Shown: in pieces, positions 1-7,174 of the stretch
Layout: each line of letters begins with the position of its first letter
Position numbering within the stretch: the first letter of the stretch is position 1
NCBI GenBank assembly: GCA_964426185.1
Contig: CAYRPF010000095.1
Location: forward strand, 1-9,684
Origin: an uncultured archaeon
Lineage (GTDB): Archaea; Asgardarchaeota; Lokiarchaeia; Sigyniarchaeales; Promethearchaeaceae
Direction: 5' to 3'
Length of the DNA: 9,684 nucleotides
Program-made: the position numbers and the translations under genes
Notes under the pieces: generated by a model
Told to the model about the DNA's origin: nothing
Database searches by the model: none
The model's input: only the letters and a program-made list of their open reading frames with translations

Positions 1-2354
1 AAAAATTCTAAGCCCGCTTTAGAGATCTCATGCTGCAAGATCTTGTTTATTATTTCATTATAAGCCACACCCCCGGTAAAACCTATCCGCGAAATTTGCT
101 GTGATCGTGCAATTTCTACCGCTTTGCGCGCAAACAATCGAGCCGTTGTTTCAACTAACCATCTTGCCAATCTTACTTTGTAATCTTTCCTACCTTCAGT
201 TTGTTTTGACCACAATACCATTAAGGTATCATAAATTAATTCATCAATCTTCAAATGGTTTCCATCTAAGTAGTAAGAAATATCTTGATCAATTGGCGGT
301 TCATCAAGTGGTGCTGCATTCCATATATAACCTTCCAATCTCATAGCAGGTTCACCTCGATATGAACGAATGTGGCACACATCAAATCCTGCTGCAATTG
401 CATCCAAGCATCTTCCCAAACTCGAAGTTTTTGGTATGGTAGATTGAATATCAGGTTCATTTTGCAGCAAAAATCTTTTAAATATATAGTTAGCTTCTAA
501 TTTTCCATGAGGTAAATGCGATGAAAATGGATACCGTTCTTCCCAATTCGATAATTTACCCAATTCTTGCCGTTTAGCTGCTACGGTAAGCAATAAAGAA
601 AGAAGCATGCGATCAGGATATTTTGCACATAAATCGCCTCCAATCATGGGTATAGGTGAAATCCAAGCCGCTCTTTCTGCCGATATATAATCTCCTACAA
701 GAATTTCACCCCCCCAAGCACTGCCATTTGTACCATAGCCTATTCCATCTGCAGTGATTGCTACGATTTTTTCATTTAACTGGATTTGATGATCTACTAA
801 AAGGGCTGCAAGATGGGCGTGATGATGTTGAATTGGATATATCTGTGCTTTAAACTCTTCATGGTAAATATTTGCCAGCTTAGTTGATTGAAATAATGGA
901 TGTATGTCATGTGCAATGGCAAGAATTTCTGAGGGATCAATTTGGAGTAATGTTTGCATATGTCGAATGGCGCTTTCTAGAAACTCAAATGTGGCTAAAT
1001 TTTTAACATTTCCTATATGTTGGGTGGGAAAAATTCTCTGCCCACGGGAAATTGCGCCTGTACTATTCAATTCTGCTCCAACAGCAATAATGCTTCCATT
1101 TTGAACTTCAAAGGGTAACTTATAATATTCCGGAACGAATCCTCGAGATCTTCGAATCGGAATGTGATTTCCTAATAAAGGACGGAGAACCGAATCGTCA
1201 CATCTTTGATAGATTTCCCGGTTATGAAGATAAATGTTATCTGCTAACTGTGCTAATTCCAACATTATTTCTTCGTTTGTGATTGCCATTGGAAGAGAAC
1301 TTTCATTTCCGCTGGTAAAAACTATGGGAATTTCTCCCAGCTTCTTAAAAATATAATAGTGAATTCCCATATACGGTAAAATCACTCCAACATTGGGTAA
1401 ACCAGGTGCAATATTGTTTGGTAGTTTTTCTTTCGTGGAAGAATCCTTTGGTTTATTCAGTAAAACTATCGGGCGGCGGAACGATTGAAGTTCTTTTTCA
1501 GAATTACTGGAAACATCAAAATATCGCTTGATAGTCGAAATAGTTGGAAACATTACCGCAAACGGTTTATATTTTCGGTCACGCTTTCGTGTTCTTAATG
1601 TATTAATTACTTGAGAATCATCAGCGCGACATATTAAATTTACACCTCCAATTCCTTTTACCGCTACAATTTTGGAATTTATCAAGTCATCAACTATCTG
1701 ATCTAATACATGCTCATTTAGGGGGGGAATTCCCGTTTTACTCTGCTGGGAATCAGCTTGAAAGAAATACGGACCACATTCTCTACAGTTAAAAGTTTGT
1801 GCATGGAATCTTCGATTTGATGGTTGGTGGTAATCATTATTGCAAGCTTCACAAAAAGGAAAGATATTTACTGTGCTGTTTGGTCGATCATAAGGAAGTG
1901 CCCGCATAATCGTGAAACGAGGCCCGCATTCGGCGCATGCGACAAATGGATATTCATAAAAGCGAGAAGAAGAGGGATCATTAAATTCTTGTAAGCATTT
2001 GGGACAAATAGAAATATCTGGTGGAAGAGTCAAACCCTTACCTGTCCCAGGATTGCTTGGAATAATCGTTAACTTTGAATAATCTATTCCTGGCTGTTTT
2101 TCCACATATCTTATAGAAATTTCTTCAATATATGCAATTGGAGGTAAATTTTCCTTTAATCGCTTGAAAAAATCTGAAAATTGAATTGAATGAGATTTAC
2201 GATAAAGATGCAACGTAACCCCCAAATTTCCAGTATTTTGGATTGAACCTGTTACAGGAAATTGAGAAAGGAAATTGTAAAGAAATGGTCGAAACCCGAC
2301 ACCTTGCACAATTCCAGTAATCACAATTTCAACATAATCCGTTATGTCTGTCAT
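1..2354 (-). CDS. hypF: Carbamoyltransferase HypF, [NiFe]-hydrogenase maturation (3' end beyond the left window edge)
   Basis: Manual translation from ATG at 2354 gives 784 uninterrupted codons to the window edge. It contains the acylphosphatase motif GIVQGVGFRPF, four CxxC zinc-finger pairs (CPKC, CAECGPRF, CEAC, RRFHAQTFNCRECGP), YrdC-like motifs (KGIGG, KPFAVM, TSGN, HNREI-RCDDSV, RRSRG) and Kae1-like motifs (QHHHAH, DGIGYG, WGGE, TSSLGR, TGGVAYN). It is absent from the ORF track, presumably because the stop lies outside the window. Confidence 0.97.
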   Translation of the reverse strand, partial: MTDITDYVEIVITGIVQGVGFRPFLYNFLSQFPVTGSIQNTGNLGVTLHLYRKSHSIQFSDFFKRLKENLPPIAYIEEISIRYVEKQPGIDYSKLTIIPSNPGTGKGLTLPPDISICPKCLQEFNDPSSSRFYEYPFVACAECGPRFTIMRALPYDRPNSTVNIFPFCEACNNDYHQPSNRRFHAQTFNCRECGPYFFQADSQQSKTGIPPLNEHVLDQIVDDLINSKIVAVKGIGGVNLICRADDSQVINTLRTRKRDRKYKPFAVMFPTISTIKRYFDVSSNSEKELQSFRRPIVLLNKPKDSSTKEKLPNNIAPGLPNVGVILPYMGIHYYIFKKLGEIPIVFTSGNESSLPMAITNEEIMLELAQLADNIYLHNREIYQRCDDSVLRPLLGNHIPIRRSRGFVPEYYKLPFEVQNGSIIAVGAELNSTGAISRGQRIFPTQHIGNVKNLATFEFLESAIRHMQTLLQIDPSEILAIAHDIHPLFQSTKLANIYHEEFKAQIYPIQHHHAHLAALLVDHQIQLNEKIVAITADGIGYGTNGSAWGGEILVGDYISAERAAWISPIPMIGGDLCAKYPDRMLLSLLLTVAAKRQELGKLSNWEERYPFSSHLPHGKLEANYIFKRFLLQNEPDIQSTIPKTSSLGRCLDAIAAGFDVCHIRSYRGEPAMRLEGYIWNAAPLDEPPIDQDISYYLDGNHLKIDELIYDTLMVLWSKQTEGRKDYKVRLARWLVETTARLFARKAVEIARSQQISRIGFTGGVAYNEIINKILQHEISKAGLEF

Positions 2355-2361
2355 ATTTGAT

Positions 2362-3402
2362 TCAACAAATACGTGGGATTAGTTCTCCCATTGGTTTTTC
2401 TACGATTCGTTTACCGCCTAAAGGAGTTTTCATAATAACCATACCCGGTTTTTCTGCTTTAACTTCCCCAATAATCACAGCTTCCTTACCTGAGTTAGTT
2501 TTTCTCAATTCTTTCAAAACTTGTTCTGCGAATTCTGATTTAACACACAAAATGGCTTTACCTTCATTAGCAATCTCTAATGGTTCTAAACCAAGAATAT
2601 CGGCGATGGATTGAACTTCTCGTTTAATAAGGATTTTTGACTGTTCTACCCAAATACTTACTTTAGATTTATATGCCCATTCATTTAGAGCAGCAGCTAA
2701 TCCACCTCTTGTAGGATCCTTCATAGCAAGAATACCTTGATTCTGTTCAATTATTGGAAGAAAATCAATTAGACATCTTTCATCGGATTCTAAAAGTGTA
2801 TCAAAGTTGAAATTTTCTCGAGCTGCTATGAGAGCTGCTCCATGATCTCCTATACTGCCGGTTAATATGATTTTGGCACCTGCTTGACAATTTCCATCAA
2901 AAATTTGCCGAGTCTTTGGTTTTAAACCTATACCACTGGTGGCAATAATAATCTCCTTCAATGATCCTTTGGGTATAACTTTTGTATCTCCGGCTAAAAT
3001 GGCAACTTGGGCTTGTTTTGCGGTTTCATTGAAAGATGTAATAATTCTATCCAACAACTTAAACTCCGTTCCTTCTTCGATAAAGATAGTTGAAGTGATT
3101 GCCAGCGGTCGGGCTCCCATCATTAGAAGATCGTTAACCGTACCTGCTACAGATAAACTTCCCAAATCTCCTCCGGGGAAAAATAGAGGCTCCACTGTAT
3201 GTCCATCAGCGGTAATTACTATCTCATTAGGTGAATTTTCTAATGGAATAGTGGCTCCATCATCATATGCATCCACACCTATCCCATCTGAGATTCTTTT
3301 TATGGGAATTTTATCTGTAATGAAGTGGATCAATTCTTCCTGCATTATTCCCCCGCCGCCATGTCCGAGTTGAATTATTTTTTTTAAGGGAGATTTTTCC
3401 AT
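2362..3402 (-). CDS. hypE: Carbamoyl dehydratase HypE, hydrogenase maturation
   Basis: 346 aa with HGGGG, DGHTVEPLFFPGGDLG, GTVND, GDTKV, KDPTRGG, ANEG and the diagnostic C-terminal PRIC. It ends 7 nt upstream of the hypF ATG. Confidence 0.97.
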   Translation of the reverse strand: MEKSPLKKIIQLGHGGGGIMQEELIHFITDKIPIKRISDGIGVDAYDDGATIPLENSPNEIVITADGHTVEPLFFPGGDLGSLSVAGTVNDLLMMGARPLAITSTIFIEEGTEFKLLDRIITSFNETAKQAQVAILAGDTKVIPKGSLKEIIIATSGIGLKPKTRQIFDGNCQAGAKIILTGSIGDHGAALIAARENFNFDTLLESDERCLIDFLPIIEQNQGILAMKDPTRGGLAAALNEWAYKSKVSIWVEQSKILIKREVQSIADILGLEPLEIANEGKAILCVKSEFAEQVLKELRKTNSGKEAVIIGEVKAEKPGMVIMKTPLGGKRIVEKPMGELIPRIC

Positions 3403-3497
3403 GATATTTTCACCCTAAATAAAATATAATAAAGGATAAATTTTCTGAATTTTCTTTAATCTCTATTTTTATTAACGACAATGCGTTATAATAATTT
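3403..3497. promoter_or_regulatory. Divergent promoter region for hypE-hypF and the protease-C45 pair
   Basis: 95-nt AT-rich gap between divergent starts. The minus strand has GGGTGA (3410-3415, archaeal SD-like) just before the hypE ATG and TTTATTATAT (3424-3433). The plus strand has TTTTATTA at 3467-3474, 24-31 nt before ATG 3498. Confidence 0.55.
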
Positions 3498-4100
3498 ATG
3501 ACAGCAGAAGACTCCTTTACTGTTCTTCGAACATCTTTAGATAACATTTTGAACTCTTCTCCTAAATTTTTGCTATTGGGTATTGGAGAAAACCGCATGG
3601 GCGACGATGGTGCTGGACAATATATCACATTCAATTTAGATCGATTTAATCAATTACCAAATTTACTTATCATAAATGGTGGGATAACGCCTGAAGAACG
3701 GTTGCAAGAAATAATTGATTTTCAGTCCGAGTTAATGTTGATCTTAGATGTGATAGATCTTCCAGGGGATCCAGGAACTATCGGAATTTTTGAAGAATCT
3801 CAGATGCTGAATTATCTTCCCATTTCTTCCCATAGTATGCCTCTTCCGGTGTTTGTTGATCGCTGTCGTCATTATATTCCTCACATCCAAATGAAATTAT
3901 TGGGAATTAAACCATTTTCATTAGAATTTTTAGATCACTATTCCCTTTTCCAAGAGGACAAATATGATTTGGATGCAAAAGAAAGCAACCCAAACATTCC
4001 ATTCTATGATTTTAATTTAACAGAGTCTATGAAAGAAATTTGCGACCGGATTGTGAATATATTTAGTGAAATAATAGATAAGTATTACATCCAAGATTAA
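3498..4100 (+). CDS. Hydrogenase maturation endopeptidase (HycI/HybD family, peptidase A31)
   Basis: 200 aa with family motifs LLLGIGENRMGDDGAG, INGGITPE, ILDVIDLPGDPGTI, SSHSMPL and LLGIKP, plus a C-terminal helix. The GxTPE and SxHxxP motifs resemble the HycI type. Located within the hyp cluster. Confidence 0.9.
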   Translation: MTAEDSFTVLRTSLDNILNSSPKFLLLGIGENRMGDDGAGQYITFNLDRFNQLPNLLIINGGITPEERLQEIIDFQSELMLILDVIDLPGDPGTIGIFEESQMLNYLPISSHSMPLPVFVDRCRHYIPHIQMKLLGIKPFSLEFLDHYSLFQEDKYDLDAKESNPNIPFYDFNLTESMKEICDRIVNIFSEIIDKYYIQD

Positions 4101-4121
4101 TTTGCAAGAAAAAGAATCTGA

Positions 4122-5372
4122 TTGAAAATGCGGGAACGAACTCATCGGCCACCTAAGTTGAGGAAGCGCCACATTCGGAAAGGTTGGCGCCAAACCCGCT
4201 CTCAACTTAATTATATTCTTGTCCAGTCATACTTTTCATCCAAAGAAAAAGAAAATTCAGCAGAATGGCATGAAAGTAATGGTCAAAAATATTTGGATGT
4301 TCATGCATCTGATTATTACTCTCTTGGATTAATGGAAGGTTCTGAGTTGGGTGCAAAAATCCGCGCCATGAAATTGATCATTAAAACTATTGCTGTCAAA
4401 ACCAGACAAGCCGAATATACATATAAACATTTTCTAGAGATGGCACGGGAATACGAAGATTCAATTCCCGATGAATACTTACGTGATTCTTACAAGATTG
4501 GAACTTTTATTGATGAAATACAAGGAATGGCTGATTCGTTAAATGGGATTTCATTTGAAGATATTTTTCTGCAAAATTGCTTTATTGATATCGTTTACGG
4601 AGAACTAATTCCCTTTGGAGCGCGAATTCCTCAAGATTATGATTTCGGTTGCACTTCGATGGGAATCTTTTATTATTCCCTTGATAAATCTCCACCCCAA
4701 GTTCTCATAGGTCAAAATTTTGATTTCAATATCACATTTAAACCAACTTTATCTTTTGTGCTACACAAGGTAGCTAATCATCCACGAATTTTTAGTCTTC
4801 GATTGGGTGGTATGTTGTCCATTCCGACTGGTTTGAATGAATGGGGACTATATTCATGCATAAATGTGGTGAAAACGAATATTTCAGCAAATTATACCAT
4901 TCCCTCTGGAGTGTTATCCCGCTTAGCTTTTACTTTCTGTAAAGATGTTGAATCCGCATATAATCTCGTATATCAGCAACCAGCGTCAAACGGATATAAC
5001 TTAATGTTTCGTGATCCTTCTAAAATAATTGCATGTGAAACACTCCCCTTAGAACACAATCGCTATGATATCGGTTCTTGGTTTGCAACTTCTAATACCT
5101 TTATTGACGAGAAATTTCAGCAGTATTTAGTACTACCTAATTATTCCAAAGATCGTCAGCGTTTAGGCGAATCTTTGCTCAAAGAAGCATATGATAATCA
5201 CCCAAATTTGAAAACAATACCATCTTTGCTCGCTAAAAAGCCAATTATATGTCGAACACCACTTAATGTGGCAGAATCAAGAACCTTGGCATTTTTAACT
5301 AATGATTATTTTGGAATTGGAAATCCTGCTGATCATCCTTGGGGTTTTATTCCTTTAGAAATTCCACATTAA
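4122..5372 (+). CDS. C45-family autoproteolytic acyltransferase/hydrolase (Ntn-hydrolase); start uncertain (TTG 4122, ATG 4128 or TTG 4293)
   Basis: Has an alpha-chain motif YYSLGLMEGSELGAKIR, DEIQGMAD, the autocleavage site G|CTS (Cys codon 4650-4652), LIGQNFDF, GLNEWGL and TSNTF. These match my recollection of the isopenicillin-N acyltransferase/C45 family. Confidence 0.82.
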   Translation: MKMRERTHRPPKLRKRHIRKGWRQTRSQLNYILVQSYFSSKEKENSAEWHESNGQKYLDVHASDYYSLGLMEGSELGAKIRAMKLIIKTIAVKTRQAEYTYKHFLEMAREYEDSIPDEYLRDSYKIGTFIDEIQGMADSLNGISFEDIFLQNCFIDIVYGELIPFGARIPQDYDFGCTSMGIFYYSLDKSPPQVLIGQNFDFNITFKPTLSFVLHKVANHPRIFSLRLGGMLSIPTGLNEWGLYSCINVVKTNISANYTIPSGVLSRLAFTFCKDVESAYNLVYQQPASNGYNLMFRDPSKIIACETLPLEHNRYDIGSWFATSNTFIDEKFQQYLVLPNYSKDRQRLGESLLKEAYDNHPNLKTIPSLLAKKPIICRTPLNVAESRTLAFLTNDYFGIGNPADHPWGFIPLEIPH

Positions 5373-6466
5373 ATATTTTTAAAAGTATAGGATATTTTAC
5401 AAGCCCCTTCATGAGAAACCATACAAGGTCCTATAGGATGTTGAGGTGTGCATGATTTTCCAAATAATGGGCATTCTTTCGGAGGTATTTTCCCAATTAA
5501 AACTTCATTACATGAACAACCAGGAGGCATGGATGGATTGGAATTTACTTTGACGCCAAATTTTTGCACTGCGTCATATTCTTGATATTCAAGTCGGAGT
5601 TTATAACCACTTTTTGGTATTTTCCCGATTCCCCTCCAAAAGCTGTCTGTAATCATAAACACTTGGGATAAAAATTTTTGAGCTTGCAAATTTCCCTCTC
5701 GTTTGACCACACGAGTGTATGTATTTTCGACTTTTGACCTATTTTCCTTAACTTGCTTTAAAATTTGATAAATTGAAATCAGCATATCATTAACTCCAAA
5801 TCCACTCACAACCATGGGAGAATGATAATTAATCGCATAAGGCTCAAATGGTTCAGCTCCGATTATTGCGCAAACATGTCCTGGAAGGATGAAAGCGTCG
5901 ATTTCTAAATGGGGGATTGAAAGAATTATATCCATTGCCGGAGGAACTAATTTATAGGCACATATAATACTGAAATTTTTCGGAGGTTTCATGGCCAATT
6001 CAAACGCAACTAATGGAGCAGTAGTTTCAAAACCAATGGCAAAAAACACCACTTCTTTTGATGGATTTTGTCTAGCAATTTCTATTGCATCATGTGGGCT
6101 GTAAACAACCTCGATATTTGCTCCTTGTGCTTTTAATTCTAATAAGGAATAGCGAGAAGATGGAACCCGCATCATATCTCCAAAGGTAGTTAATATAACA
6201 TCCTTCCGCTTACATAATTCTACTGCAATATCTATGTCGGTGGCTGGACAAACACAAACCGGACATCCCGGACCCGATATAACTTGAACATTAGCTGGAA
6301 GCAGACTTCTGATTCCATTTTTTGCGATAGTATATTCATGAGTACCGCAAATATGCATGATCGTGATATTTCGTTTTATTTCCCCTGAAATTTGTTGAAT
6401 CTTGTCCAAAATTTGTTTACTTAGCCGAATATCTTCTACTTCCATTAAATTATCGGAGGAATGCAT
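5369..6466 (-). CDS. hypD: Hydrogenase maturation scaffold HypD
   Basis: 365 aa with MHICGTHE, GPGCPVC, TFGDMMRVP, GFETT, PGHV and the C-terminal [4Fe-4S]/thiol cysteines CSC...ECPLFGKSCTP...GPCMVSHEGAC. Its stop overlaps the C45 stop (TTAA 5369-5372). Confidence 0.97.
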   Translation of the reverse strand: MHSSDNLMEVEDIRLSKQILDKIQQISGEIKRNITIMHICGTHEYTIAKNGIRSLLPANVQVISGPGCPVCVCPATDIDIAVELCKRKDVILTTFGDMMRVPSSRYSLLELKAQGANIEVVYSPHDAIEIARQNPSKEVVFFAIGFETTAPLVAFELAMKPPKNFSIICAYKLVPPAMDIILSIPHLEIDAFILPGHVCAIIGAEPFEPYAINYHSPMVVSGFGVNDMLISIYQILKQVKENRSKVENTYTRVVKREGNLQAQKFLSQVFMITDSFWRGIGKIPKSGYKLRLEYQEYDAVQKFGVKVNSNPSMPPGCSCNEVLIGKIPPKECPLFGKSCTPQHPIGPCMVSHEGACKISYTFKNI

Positions 6467-6525
6467 ATTCTGACCAATGAATCACTACATAAATTAATTT
6501 AGAAATTTCATGGAAAATATAGCAG

Positions 6526-6538
6526 AAAAAAATAAAAA
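6526..6538 (-). terminator. Probable oligo-T terminator of the GNAT gene
   Basis: Minus strand reads TTTTTATTTTTTT starting 8 nt after the GNAT stop, typical of archaeal intrinsic termination. Confidence 0.4.
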
Positions 6539-6546
6539 GTGGCAAA

Positions 6547-7113
6547 TTAGGAAGATTTCACCGATTCATCCACGATTTTCAAACCCATGCATAATACGGC
6601 GTAAAATTTTTTATTAATATACAACATTCGCGAAATTCTGCCTTCAATAATAAATCCCATTTTGCTATATAACTGGATTGCAGGAAAATTATCTTCACGC
6701 ACCTCTAAATTTATCTTCTTTATGATTTTCCCAGATTTTGCCCAATTAATCAAGTAATCCATCATTGATTTTCCAATACCCATATGCCAATACTTTTTTT
6801 GTACCGTTATTCCTAATCCACCCGTGTGTCGGGTGCGAGGTCGATTTCCACTCTGGATATTTGCCAGTGAAACAATTTCTTTATTTATAATCTCTATTAT
6901 AAGGATATTGGTGGGTGTTTTATTGATTTTTTTTAGAAATTCCCTTTCATCCTCAACTGTTTTATCAAATTCTCCCGGTCCAAATGTAATATTATCCGAT
7001 TCACCCGCAATATGATTGATGTACTTTATAATTTTGGAAGCATCTTCAGCAATTGCGGGACGAATAAGCAACTTATAACCGTTAGAAAGCAAATAGGATT
7101 TTGAAGGATACAT
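6547..7113 (-). CDS. GNAT-family N-acetyltransferase
   Basis: 188 aa with IRPAIAEDA, acetyl-CoA motif A (GITVQKKYWHMGIGKSMM) and motif B (LEVREDNFPAIQLYSKMGF..EG). Substrate unknown. Confidence 0.9.
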   Translation of the reverse strand: MYPSKSYLLSNGYKLLIRPAIAEDASKIIKYINHIAGESDNITFGPGEFDKTVEDEREFLKKINKTPTNILIIEIINKEIVSLANIQSGNRPRTRHTGGLGITVQKKYWHMGIGKSMMDYLINWAKSGKIIKKINLEVREDNFPAIQLYSKMGFIIEGRISRMLYINKKFYAVLCMGLKIVDESVKSS

Positions 7114-7139
7114 AACTCAATTTGAAGTAATCAAATGTG

Positions 7140-7148
7140 AAAAAAAAA
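7140..7148 (-). terminator. Probable oligo-T terminator of the arsR-CDF unit
   Basis: T9 run on the minus strand about 27-35 nt downstream of the CDF stop codon. Confidence 0.4.
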
Positions 7149-7174
7149 GATTGTTGTGGATAATTTATTATTGT

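Noticed and set aside
101-1104. Plus-strand ORFs 101-346 and 904-1104
   Set aside because: Antisense shadows of hypF with no recognisable motifs.
709-1727. C7 (709-715) and G7 (1721-1727) homopolymers in hypF as phase-variation tracts
   Set aside because: Short and in frame. They are explained by the conserved Trp-Gly-Gly and by Pro-Pro-Leu codons.
2362-2367. TGA directly after the terminal Cys of HypE as possible selenocysteine readthrough
   Set aside because: HypE requires a C-terminal Cys in PRIC, so this is the normal end. No internal in-frame TGA was found in hypF, hypE, hypD or the protease.
2357-3373. Plus-strand ORFs 2357-2614 and 2939-3373
   Set aside because: Antisense to the highly conserved hypE.
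3410-3634. 74-aa minus-strand ORF upstream of hypE, considered as a possible hypC
   Set aside because: Lacks the HypC N-terminal MC(L/I)(A/G)xP and VHxG motifs, overlaps the protease antisense, and runs through the promoter region.
4017-4205. 62-aa minus-strand ORF
   Set aside because: Overlaps two plus-strand genes antisense, uses a non-ATG start and has no motif.
4154-4209. Hairpin interpreted as a SECIS element
   Set aside because: It has GAA before a GC stem but no matching opposite A or AUGA/GA quartet, and there is no nearby gene with an in-frame UGA. Kept only as an unassigned structure.
4122-4240. Arg-rich C45 N-terminus as a Tat signal peptide
   Set aside because: No twin-arginine S/T-R-R-x-F-L-K motif and no hydrophobic core.
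6490-6501. Perfect 12-bp palindrome TAAATTAATTTA upstream of hypD
   Set aside because: Entirely A/T and located at the expected TATA position, so it cannot be distinguished from chance or from the core promoter.
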